Assembly (NCBI RefSeq): GCF_021054785.1
Contig: NZ_CP088239.1
Location: 1,350,001-1,382,000, forward strand
Length of the DNA: 32,000 bases
Direction: 5' to 3'
Source: Tannockella kyphosi
GTDB lineage: Bacteria > Bacillota_I > Bacilli_A > Erysipelotrichales > Coprobacillaceae
Positions 13,087 to 21,091 of the stretch are shown one piece after another; positions within the stretch are counted from its first letter, which is position 1, and every line of letters begins with the position of its first letter. Made by a program: the position numbers and the translations under genes. The notes below the pieces were generated by a model, which was not told the origin of the DNA, did no database searches, and was given only the letters and a program-made list of their open reading frames with translations.

Positions 13087-14271
13087 TTAGAGCTTAGATT
13101 TACGAATAATTGCTTGAGCAATTCCAATTGCTATAAAAGTAGCTATCGCTGATGTTCCCCCTGAAGAAACTAACAACAAAGGTACTCCTGTCATTGGTAT
13201 TAAAGCAGATACACCACCTAAATTAATAAACAAATGCATAAAGAAATAAGTAGATATTCCTACTAAAATTAAACTATAAAATGTATTATTTGTTTTTCTA
13301 GAATGCATAAGCAAACGATAAATAATAATGCAAGTTGGAATCATAATAAAAGCTAACCCAAAGACTCCTAATTCTTCATAAATAATAGGACCAATAAAGT
13401 CACTTTGAGCAACCGGTATCCATCCGAATTTTTGTGTTGAATTACCAAAACCAGAACCAAATAAATCCCCATTAGCGAAAGCTACTAAAGAGTTTGCAAT
13501 CTGGAAGGATGTATCTTGAACATCAGACAATGGTTGTAACCATGTCGTAATACGAGACACCTGATAACCTTGTAAAAAGAAGACTGCTAATAAAACTGTT
13601 CCTACCCCCACTATGATAATCGATACCATTTTAAAATTACGATAATACTTATTTTGAGCAAGTAAAAAGATAGCCCCACAAATACCCAACATAATAACCA
13701 TTGAACCAGTATCATTTTGTACAAATACACCAACAATTAAGACAAGGATAATGTAAAGAAAAGGTCGTTGTAGACAGTACTTAAACTTATTTTTATAAAA
13801 AGCTTCTCTTGCTAGTTCACTAGAAAACTTCCCATTTACACTAAAACTATCTACTACCTCACTAAAATAATAAGACAAACATAAAATCATAATGATTTTC
13901 ATTATTTCAGATGGTTGAATCGTCATAAACCCTAAGTCAATCCATGCATATGCTCCACTAGTTGGCTCAAATAGGCGACAAGCTAACATTGCCAGTAAAC
14001 CTATTGTAAAGATAATATCAAAAAAACGAACAGAAAATTTCTTTGGATCAAACAATCTTGTTATCAAAGACATCAACGCAAAACCTATTCCAACAAATAT
14101 TCCTTGTTTTATCATATTAGTAACTGGCCATGTTGCCCCATATTCATAAGCTTTTCCTACAGAAGCAGAACCAATCATTACAATACCAAACAAAGATAGA
14201 ACTACTACACTTAAAAATATTAAACGGTCTCCACCCTTTGAATTTTTAAATAATTTAGATAAAAAACTCAT
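13087..14271 (-). CDS. SEDS-family peptidoglycan polymerase (FtsW/RodA/SpoVE)
   Basis: 394 aa with about 10 TM segments and conserved ...SDFIGPII.EELG... and PLLLVSSGGTS motifs typical of FtsW/RodA. I cannot tell which paralogue it is by eye. Confidence 0.85.
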   Translation of the reverse strand: MSFLSKLFKNSKGGDRLIFLSVVVLSLFGIVMIGSASVGKAYEYGATWPVTNMIKQGIFVGIGFALMSLITRLFDPKKFSVRFFDIIFTIGLLAMLACRLFEPTSGAYAWIDLGFMTIQPSEIMKIIMILCLSYYFSEVVDSFSVNGKFSSELAREAFYKNKFKYCLQRPFLYIILVLIVGVFVQNDTGSMVIMLGICGAIFLLAQNKYYRNFKMVSIIIVGVGTVLLAVFFLQGYQVSRITTWLQPLSDVQDTSFQIANSLVAFANGDLFGSGFGNSTQKFGWIPVAQSDFIGPIIYEELGVFGLAFIMIPTCIIIYRLLMHSRKTNNTFYSLILVGISTYFFMHLFINLGGVSALIPMTGVPLLLVSSGGTSAIATFIAIGIAQAIIRKSKL

Positions 14272-14272
14272 A

Positions 14273-14542
14273 TTAAACCATCTTAATAAAATCAGTTTCT
14301 TTCGATTTTTTAATTACTTCATAGATGGAGTATCCAGAAACTTCTTTAAATTCTTTATCAATTTGTTTTTCATAACTTTTTGAATCTACAATAACTTTAA
14401 AATCACGATAAGCTTTCATTAATGATTCTTTTGTAATTCCTTTTTCATATGCTTCTTCAATACAATTATAAAAAGCAATGACATCTATAATTTCACTTGT
14501 TGACCAAGTATAATCTAACGGATAATTATATTCCATATTCAC
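14273..14542 (-). CDS. UPF0223 family protein (YktA-like)
   Basis: 89 aa. YPLDYTWSTSEI...EEAYEKGI...IDKEFKEVSGYSIY closely matches my recollection of B. subtilis YktA. Confidence 0.75.
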   Translation of the reverse strand: MNMEYNYPLDYTWSTSEIIDVIAFYNCIEEAYEKGITKESLMKAYRDFKVIVDSKSYEKQIDKEFKEVSGYSIYEVIKKSKETDFIKMV

Positions 14543-14559
14543 ACCTCATTTTCTTTGTT

Positions 14560-14588
14560 ATTATACCTTATCACCAAGAAAAAAACAA
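14560..14588 (-). promoter_or_regulatory. SigmaA-type promoter of the yktA-ftsW/rodA-ylbDEF-rsmD-coaD operon
   Basis: On the minus strand, TTGTTT-17 nt-TATAAT lies 17 nt upstream of the yktA-like ATG region. Confidence 0.5.
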
Positions 14589-14644
14589 ACCCATTAACAT
14601 CAAAAAAAGAAATAGGAGGACACAGAATTGTATTCTTTCCATTT

Positions 14645-14690
14645 TTAAATAAAAAATAGATTTAGCTCCTATTACTAGAAACCAAATCTA
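14645..14690 (-). terminator. Candidate terminator after the ABC operon
   Basis: On the minus strand, TAGATTT...(20-nt loop)...AAATCTA is followed by TTTTTTATTT. The stem is short and the loop large. Confidence 0.4.
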
Positions 14691-14695
14691 CCTAT

Positions 14696-15679
14696 TTATC
14701 TATCTTCACGGAAATAGTTTGCACCTAATCCTTCAGGTCCACCTCCGCCTTGTGTTTGTCGAATCGAAGTAACAATCAATACAATAGCTGTAATGATAAA
14801 TGGCAATGCTTGATATAATTGTGCAGGTATACTAGATAACCACCCAAACATCTCTGGAAATGAGTTCGCTAATGAACCACTATATACTTGTAACGTATTA
14901 AAGAACCCAAACAACAATGATCCTAAAATAGCCATTAACGGATTCCAATTAGAGAAAATAACTAAAGCAATCGAAATCCAACCATATCCATTAATCCAAC
15001 AAGTAGAGCCTTCAAATGATCCACCCATAACTAAAGCCATATAAAGACCACCTAGTCCCATAATCCCAGACCCCACAATAATATGAATATATTTATACAA
15101 AATAATATTAATACCCACAGAATCAGCAGCTGAAGGATTTTCTCCTACTGCACGCAAACGTAATCCTGTTTTTGTATAATTCAAATAAAGCCAAAGACCT
15201 ACAGCAATAGCAACTGCTAAATAAACTAAAATACTATGTGAGAAAAAAGCTTTCCCTAGAACTGGTATTTCACTAAGTAATGGAATTTCAATAGCGGCAT
15301 ATGCTGCTGATACACTTGGTGCACTTTGCAATGCTGGCCAAGCACTTCCAAAACCTTTTCCAATAAAGAAATATAGTCCTAAACCAAAAGTAGTAATAGT
15401 AAGCCCAGTTACATTTTGATTCGCTTGTAATGAAACAGTAAGAAAAGCAAATAACAATCCACAAAGTCCAGCTGCTATAAATGCAACAATCAATCCTATC
15501 CATAAACTGTTCGTACTTACTGCCGCTAGATATCCAATGATTGCACCTATTGCCATCGTACCTTCTACCCCTAAGTTAAGACTACCTGATTTTTCAGTTA
15601 GTATTTCACCTAAAGTTCCATAAAGAAGTACTGTATTATACACTACAATACTAAATAGAAATAACGTAATTACATTCAT
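14696..15679 (-). CDS. ABC transporter permease (CUT2/nucleoside type, NupQ-like)
   Basis: 327 aa polytopic protein. Its start overlaps the upstream permease stop by 1 nt (TAATG). It is the last gene of the BMP-ATPase-permease-permease operon. Confidence 0.85.
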   Translation of the reverse strand: MNVITLFLFSIVVYNTVLLYGTLGEILTEKSGSLNLGVEGTMAIGAIIGYLAAVSTNSLWIGLIVAFIAAGLCGLLFAFLTVSLQANQNVTGLTITTFGLGLYFFIGKGFGSAWPALQSAPSVSAAYAAIEIPLLSEIPVLGKAFFSHSILVYLAVAIAVGLWLYLNYTKTGLRLRAVGENPSAADSVGINIILYKYIHIIVGSGIMGLGGLYMALVMGGSFEGSTCWINGYGWISIALVIFSNWNPLMAILGSLLFGFFNTLQVYSGSLANSFPEMFGWLSSIPAQLYQALPFIITAIVLIVTSIRQTQGGGGPEGLGANYFREDR

Positions 15680-16800
15680 TATTCTACCTCCTGTTTACTA
15701 GTTTTCACTAATTTAAATCGAGTAAAGAAGTCTGCAGTTAGAACCGCAAATAAAATCATCCCTTGTAGTAAATTAGCAAAATTCGCATCTACTGTAGCAT
15801 AAGATGCACTAGCTACACTACATCCATGTTGTAAAACAGTAATTAATAAACTTACTACAGTAATCGCAATCGTATTTAACTTAGCCAACCAAGCAACAAC
15901 AATTCCAGTCCATCCAACACTATTTGTCATTGACGTAGAAAGTGTTCCTGCTGAAGAAACATAGAAAGCTCCTGCTAATCCAATCAATGCTGCAGAAAGA
16001 AAAATAGTACGTACTACAATTTTTGATACTTTCATACCTGCATATTTAGCACTATTCGGACTATCTCCAACTACTGCAATTTCATATCCACGTTTGGTAT
16101 ATTTTAAATACCACCAAATAGCAACACAAATAAGAAGTGCAATAACCAAAGAAAGATTTAATGAAAAATAACCAAAAAATGTAGGTATCTCAATCATTAG
16201 TGCACTTTCAGGGAAACTAGCAAACAATGGTCTACTTGAATCGGTAGAAAGAAAGAAATTCCATTCACCACTTGTTTCTCCAAAGAATTTCAAAAGATAA
16301 AGAGCAATATAATTCATCATTAATGTAAGTAATGTTTCATTTGTATTATACTTAACTTTTAAAACAGCTACAAAAGCACCATATAAACCTCCAAATAATG
16401 CTCCTACAAGTGCCATTAGTGGCAAGATAATAAGAGATGGTAAACTATCACCTAATAAATAAGCAACAATTCCTGCTCCAATTGCTCCCATAATAAATTG
16501 TCCTTCTCCACCAATATTCCAAAAACGCATTTTAAAAGCCAAAGAAAGAGCAACTGATGTTAATAATAAAGGAGTAAATACTTTAATAAATGCTTCTACT
16601 TGTTTATATCCAAACTTATTACCTATCAAGCCTAAACTAAACATATCTTTATAATAACTAAAAGGATTCACATTTTGTATCGATAATAAAATACCCCCAA
16701 TAATAATTGCAATAAGAACTGCTAAAAGATAACTCAAAATAATACGTTTCAAACGAACATCATCACGTTTTACAACATGAAAATAATTTTGTCTTTTCAT
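15679..16800 (-). CDS. ABC transporter permease (CUT2/nucleoside type, NupP-like)
   Basis: Polytopic membrane protein. I reset the start to the ATG at 16800 (MKRQNYFHV...), which has RBS GAGAGGAG and lies 1 nt after the ATPase stop. The track extension to 16887 lies inside the ATPase gene. Confidence 0.85.
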   Translation of the reverse strand: MKRQNYFHVVKRDDVRLKRIILSYLLAVLIAIIIGGILLSIQNVNPFSYYKDMFSLGLIGNKFGYKQVEAFIKVFTPLLLTSVALSLAFKMRFWNIGGEGQFIMGAIGAGIVAYLLGDSLPSLIILPLMALVGALFGGLYGAFVAVLKVKYNTNETLLTLMMNYIALYLLKFFGETSGEWNFFLSTDSSRPLFASFPESALMIEIPTFFGYFSLNLSLVIALLICVAIWWYLKYTKRGYEIAVVGDSPNSAKYAGMKVSKIVVRTIFLSAALIGLAGAFYVSSAGTLSTSMTNSVGWTGIVVAWLAKLNTIAITVVSLLITVLQHGCSVASASYATVDANFANLLQGMILFAVLTADFFTRFKLVKTSKQEVE

Positions 16801-16801
16801 A

Positions 16802-18388
16802 TTAGCACTCCTCTCTTTCTTCAATATGTTCTGCAAATAAACTATCTTTTGCAATACCTGGTATTTTATCACTACTATTACTAACAAGGTCTAAAGCCCC
16901 TGTCATCATTAATCCTAACTGTTCTTTACTCACTTTATGAGCATGAACAATTCCCATTACTTTACCATGGCAAAGCACCATGATTTTATCACAAAGAGCC
17001 ATCATAACATCTAAATCTTCACCTACAAACAATATTCCTACACCACTTTGTTTTTGTTTATTAAGAATATCATAAATAGCATAAGATGAATTAATATCCA
17101 GTCCTCGTACTGGATAAGCAGTAATTAATACATTAGGTGCAATTTTAATTTCACGTCCTAATAATATTTTTTGAACATTTCCTCCTGATAAACGACGAAC
17201 TGGAGTTTCTGTAGATGGTGTTACCACCTGCAATGATTGAATAACCTCTAAAGCATCATCACGACCTTTTTTACGATCCACTAAAAAACCTTTACTATCT
17301 GCATAGTTTTTTAAAATCATATTATCAGTAATCGATAAAGAGGGAGCAAGCCCCATTCCTAAACGATCTTCTGGAATAAAACTCATCGAAATTCCTTTTT
17401 TTATAATTTCTTTAGGAGACATTCCAACAATATTAGACCCTTTATGAATAATAGATCCTTTATCTATCTCTCTTAATCCTGCAATAGCCTCACAAAGTTC
17501 TTTTTGTCCACATCCTGCAATACCAGCAACACCCAACATTTCACCACCACGAATATAAAAACTAAGATTATCAATTGCTTTAGCACCCTCATCATTTTGA
17601 ATATCAAGTCCTCGTATTTCTAATAAAGGTAGTGTTTTTTCCACTTTTGATCGTTCAATATTTAAATCAACTTTTCTACCTACCATTAATTCAGTCAAAA
17701 CTTGTTCATTCGTTTCCTTTGTATTTACAGTCGTGATATATTCTCCTTTACGTAAAATAGCAACACGATCTGATATTTCTAACACTTCATTTAGTTTATG
17801 AGTAATGATAATAACAGAATGCCCATCTGCTTTCATTTGACGAAGTACATCAAATAATTTCTTTGTTTCTTGTACTGTTAGTACCGCAGTAGGTTCATCT
17901 AAAATAATAACTTTAGCACCATAATAAAGTACTTTTATAATTTCAAGAGTTTGTTTTTCACTTACTGACATTGTTAATACTTTTTTAGTAGGATCAATAT
18001 CAAAACCAAACTTCTTACACATTTCTTCTATTTCAAAATATCTTGATTTACGAAGAACATTCCCTCCACCAACTTTTCCTACCCATATATTATCAGCAGC
18101 ACTAAAAACATCTACCAATTTAAAATGTTGATGAACCATTCCAATCCCTATTTTTTTAGAGTCTTCAGGAGAATGAATACTTACTGGTTTACCCTGCATT
18201 AAAATTTCACCACAATCAGGTTGATAAATTCCTGATAACATATTCATTAACGTAGTTTTACCAGAACCATTCTCTCCAAGTAACGCAAGTATTTCCCCTT
18301 CTTTTACAGTTAAGTTTACGTCTTTATTAGCTATTACACTACCAAAAGTTTTCGTAATACCACGCATTTCAATTGCATAATTTTCCAT
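16802..18388 (-). CDS. ABC transporter ATP-binding protein with two fused NBDs (NupO/RbsA-like)
   Basis: 528 aa. The first NBD has Walker A GENGSGKTT, signature SVSEKQ and Walker B IILDEPT. The second NBD has a degenerate P-loop GIAGCGQKE, LSGGNVQK and the D-loop region. RBS GGAGGAG. Confidence 0.9.
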   Translation of the reverse strand: MENYAIEMRGITKTFGSVIANKDVNLTVKEGEILALLGENGSGKTTLMNMLSGIYQPDCGEILMQGKPVSIHSPEDSKKIGIGMVHQHFKLVDVFSAADNIWVGKVGGGNVLRKSRYFEIEEMCKKFGFDIDPTKKVLTMSVSEKQTLEIIKVLYYGAKVIILDEPTAVLTVQETKKLFDVLRQMKADGHSVIIITHKLNEVLEISDRVAILRKGEYITTVNTKETNEQVLTELMVGRKVDLNIERSKVEKTLPLLEIRGLDIQNDEGAKAIDNLSFYIRGGEMLGVAGIAGCGQKELCEAIAGLREIDKGSIIHKGSNIVGMSPKEIIKKGISMSFIPEDRLGMGLAPSLSITDNMILKNYADSKGFLVDRKKGRDDALEVIQSLQVVTPSTETPVRRLSGGNVQKILLGREIKIAPNVLITAYPVRGLDINSSYAIYDILNKQKQSGVGILFVGEDLDVMMALCDKIMVLCHGKVMGIVHAHKVSKEQLGLMMTGALDLVSNSSDKIPGIAKDSLFAEHIEEREEC

Positions 18389-18418
18389 AAGTCTCCTCCA
18401 TTTATCTCATAAATTTGC

Positions 18419-18446
18419 ATAGGGTAGGAGCAAGCCCCTACCCTAT
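18419..18446 (-). promoter_or_regulatory. Intercistronic stem-loop between the binding-protein gene and the ATPase gene
   Basis: On the minus strand, ATAGGGTAGG-GGCTTGCT-CCTACCCTAT forms a perfect 10-bp stem in the 82-nt gap. It is followed by GCAAATTTAT, which is not a clean U-tract. Confidence 0.55.
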
Positions 18447-18470
18447 TATAAATATCATTTTAATCCAATG

Positions 18471-19643
18471 TTATTGTGCAACTACGCCTTCCACATTGAA
18501 GTCCATTGTTCCAGTGATAACACTATCATCAATAACTCCAGCTTCCGTACCATCATTTTTCATTACAGGTTCTTCCACTTGTGTAATTGTACCATCAGTA
18601 GAAATTTCTAATGAAACTCCTGAGAATACATCCCATTCACCAGATTCCATTAAAGCAGAAACTTCTTCAAGAATTTCAGCAGTACCTTCTGCAGCATTGT
18701 CAGACAATTCAGAAATGTCTATAAATCCTTCAGCAAGTCCACCATAGTAGTTACCTACTGTTGTCATGAATGTTGTTGGATCTTCCATAACAGCTGATAT
18801 TGCAGCTTCATAATAAATATCCCAATTCCAAATAGGTGCACAAATATGTGCATCTGGAGCTTGTTCTGTCATATCAGAATTATATCCAAATCCATAAATT
18901 CCGTTTTCTTCTGCTACCATTTGAGGTTGTGCAGAATCACTATGTTGGGCAATAATACCAACATCATAAGTATCAATTAATGCTTGAGCAGCTTGACGTT
19001 CTAATGTTTCATCTCCCCAACTTGAAATTTCATTTACATACACAGTAGCATTAGCGTTAACTGATTGTACCCCTAATGTAAATGCATTAATACCTGAACA
19101 AGTTTCAGCATATTCTAAGTTGTATGCTGCAACATATCCAATTGCATCATTTCCAGTTTCTAAAGATTTTAAACCAGCAGCAACACCTGCTAAATATCTA
19201 GCTTGGTAAATACGTCCAAAGTAGTTATTAAAGTTTGTATCATTACTTAAATATCCTGTAGCATGTGAGAATATAATATCTGAATATTCTTCTTGTGCAG
19301 CAGCAGTATCAAATGCAGTAATATAACCAAATGAAATACCAAAAATAATATCGCATCCTTGACCAGCAAGTGTATCAATTGCAGCACTTACTTGTGTGTC
19401 ATCTTCTTCCACATTATCAACAATTAATAAATCTGTTTCCGTATCTAAACCTAAATTTTCCATAGCTGTTACAATTCCAGTATGGTGTTGGTATGTATAT
19501 CCTGATGTGTCATTTTGACTAGTGATATAGATTGCTCCAACTGTAATTCCGCTTGTGTCTTCTTCTTCTGATTCACTAGTAGAACATGCTGTACATGTTA
19601 CCATCATTGTGATTGCTAGAAAAAGTGTAACTAATTTTTTCAT
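18471..19643 (-). CDS. BMP-family (PnrA/Med/NupN-like) substrate-binding lipoprotein
   Basis: 390 aa with signal peptide plus lipobox (...MVTCTAC), an acidic linker SESEEEDTSG, and RBS GGGGAG. It is the first gene of an operon with a dual-NBD ATPase and two permeases, the same order as B. subtilis nupNOPQ. Confidence 0.85.
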   Translation of the reverse strand: MKKLVTLFLAITMMVTCTACSTSESEEEDTSGITVGAIYITSQNDTSGYTYQHHTGIVTAMENLGLDTETDLLIVDNVEEDDTQVSAAIDTLAGQGCDIIFGISFGYITAFDTAAAQEEYSDIIFSHATGYLSNDTNFNNYFGRIYQARYLAGVAAGLKSLETGNDAIGYVAAYNLEYAETCSGINAFTLGVQSVNANATVYVNEISSWGDETLERQAAQALIDTYDVGIIAQHSDSAQPQMVAEENGIYGFGYNSDMTEQAPDAHICAPIWNWDIYYEAAISAVMEDPTTFMTTVGNYYGGLAEGFIDISELSDNAAEGTAEILEEVSALMESGEWDVFSGVSLEISTDGTITQVEEPVMKNDGTEAGVIDDSVITGTMDFNVEGVVAQ

Positions 19644-20237
19644 CTTATCTCCCCTTTTTTTCTTTTTTTATAGAAAGCCTTTTGGCTTAACTACCCGAAC
19701 TAATCATTAATACTTAAAACTCAATCTTTTTATCATGAAAATAATTTTATATAAAAGGTTTTACTTTTTAATGTAGACATCATTTATAATATTCTTAGTT
19801 TAAGTTTCCTTTTGAATATTACTGAATAACACTATCTTTTTTATATAAAAAAAGTAAAGTTGAGCCTTTTTATTCAAGAATTTTACAAAGAATATTTTAA
19901 CAAATAAAGCAATATTTAACAACATTTTTCGATATTATTACGCCAATATCCCAAAGTTTTTCCATTTTATAAAGTATACTCTTTCCATTTCTTTATATAA
20001 TCGCTATTTTTATCCTAATTTCATATATTTTTAAGCATTTTATAAACAAATAATAGCAAAGTGATATTTATTAAAAAACATCCTATAATAGAAAGAAAAG
20101 TAATTATTTCTTTACCAAAATATAATTTTGTCTACCTGTTATACAGATAGCCAATATAACCTTACAAAGCAACTCCTTAGGCACTAATCATGTCAAAAAA
20201 AAGAAATCTGAATACTATACATTGAAGGAGGGATAAT

Positions 20238-20438
20238 ATGAATTGTGGATATAATAGCTATGGTTGTGGAGGCAATAGTTGTATGCCTAGTTATAACTGT
20301 AATCCATTTGGTTGTGGCGGTTGTCAAAGTCAAAGTAATGGATGTGGTTTTTCAGGGCAAGGTTCTAGTTGGTTTGCAATCGTTTTGGTTGTCTTTTTGT
20401 TATTAATTATTTGTGGATGCACAAGAATTCACGGCTAA
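20238..20438 (+). CDS. Cys/Gly-rich tail-anchored mini-protein, YjcZ-like (sporulation-associated tiny TM family)
   Basis: 66 aa with a strong RBS GAAGGAGGG 6 nt upstream. The N-terminal 44 aa are low-complexity with 7 Cys and GCGG repeats. A single TM segment WFAIVLVVFLLLII is followed by CGC. The FAxxVVxFxLLII core resembles YjcZ-family proteins as I recall them. Confidence 0.55.
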   Translation: MNCGYNSYGCGGNSCMPSYNCNPFGCGGCQSQSNGCGFSGQGSSWFAIVLVVFLLLIICGCTRIHG

Positions 20439-20445
20439 AAAATTA

Positions 20446-20473
20446 TTGTTAATGACCCCATTTGTGTTATAAT
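20446..20473 (+). promoter_or_regulatory. SigmaA-type promoter of def with extended -10
   Basis: TTGTTA-16 nt-TATAAT, preceded by TGT (TGnTATAAT), 20 nt upstream of the def ATG. Confidence 0.6.
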
Positions 20474-20493
20474 GACATACGTGGGGTGAGTTT

Positions 20494-21063
20494 ATGTTAA
20501 CAATGAAAGACATTATAGATGATAATAATCCTAAAATTAGAGAAATATCAAAAGAAGTAACACTTCCTTTATCTACGGAAGATAAACAATTATTACAAGA
20601 TATGTATACATTTCTTGTGCAATCTCAAGATGAAAAGTTAAGCGAAAAATATGATTTACGACCAGCAGTTGGAATTGCCGCAATTCAACTCGGAATACCA
20701 AAAAGAATGTGTGCTATTTATGTGGTTGATTATGATGAAGATGGAAATCCTATTAGTAACAGTAGTTATGCTTTAGTAAATCCAAAAATCATTAAGTATA
20801 CCCAAAAACCATCTCATTTAAGAGATGGTGAAGGTTGTTTATCCGTTAATTATGAGTGTACAGGAATTGTTCCAAGACATGCAAAGATAACAGTTGAAAG
20901 TTATGATTTACTACAAGATAAGGTAGTACGTATTGTAGCTAGAGGTTTCCTATCTATTTGTATGCAACATGAATTTGATCATTTTGAAGGAACTCTTTTC
21001 TATGATCATATCAATAAAGAAGATCCTTTTGCACCAATTGAAAATGCAATGATCATTGACTAA
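20494..21063 (+). CDS. def: Peptide deformylase
   Basis: All three motifs are present: GIAAIQLG, EGCLS and QHEFDH. Confidence 0.95.
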   Translation: MLTMKDIIDDNNPKIREISKEVTLPLSTEDKQLLQDMYTFLVQSQDEKLSEKYDLRPAVGIAAIQLGIPKRMCAIYVVDYDEDGNPISNSSYALVNPKIIKYTQKPSHLRDGEGCLSVNYECTGIVPRHAKITVESYDLLQDKVVRIVARGFLSICMQHEFDHFEGTLFYDHINKEDPFAPIENAMIID

Positions 21064-21091
21064 AAAACATCACAAATAGTGATGTTTTTTT
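21062..21091. terminator. Bidirectional intrinsic terminator between convergent def and the DUF1576-like gene
   Basis: AAAAAACATCAC-AAATA-GTGATGTTTTTTT. An 8-bp stem is flanked by an A-run and a T-run. The T-run overlaps the TAA of the minus-strand gene. Confidence 0.75.

Noticed and set aside
15288-15503. 71-aa minus-strand ORF in an alternative frame within the NupQ-like permease.
   Set aside because: It is fully nested out of frame in a conserved permease gene, and its Cys/Trp-rich translation has no start context.
18415-18747. 110-aa plus-strand ORF overlapping the 3' end of the BMP lipoprotein gene.
   Set aside because: It is antisense to the BMP gene. Its 5' end is the intercistronic hairpin, and its Ser/Pro/Thr-rich composition mirrors the opposite coding frame.
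19650-19692. Possible preQ1-I riboswitch in the BMP leader (hairpin AAGCC-AAAA-GGCTT followed by CTATAAAAAAAG..., reminiscent of the B. subtilis queC aptamer tail).
   Set aside because: The loop is only 4 nt. The preQ1-I aptamer needs a loop of about 11 nt carrying the ligand-recognising C and the pseudoknot partner, and no such pairing can be drawn.
19800-19920. CodY-box-like (AATTTTACAAAGAAT, AATATTTTAACAAAT) and ARG-box-like (TTTGAATATTACTGAATA) matches upstream of the BMP operon.
   Set aside because: Each CodY-like site has 5 of 15 mismatches, and the ARG-like site lacks the right half. In DNA that is about 80% AT, such matches are expected by chance. They are kept only as context in the intergenic finding.
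20008-20020. DnaA-box-like TTATCCTAA in the long intergenic region, considered as an origin-like element.
   Set aside because: It is a single 7/9 match with no cluster of boxes and no dnaA/dnaN context.
20190-20225. 11-codon micro-ORF (MSKKRNLNTIH) ending in the RBS of the Cys-rich gene, considered as a leader peptide.
   Set aside because: It has no SD upstream and no regulatory codon pattern (no Cys/Gly run mirroring the downstream gene). It is probably a chance ORF.
20238-20438. The Cys-rich peptide as a RiPP/bacteriocin precursor.
   Set aside because: There is no adjacent modification enzyme, protease, immunity gene or ABC exporter, since the flanking genes are def and a nucleoside-type importer. 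The C-terminal TM anchor fits a membrane-resident YjcZ-like protein better.
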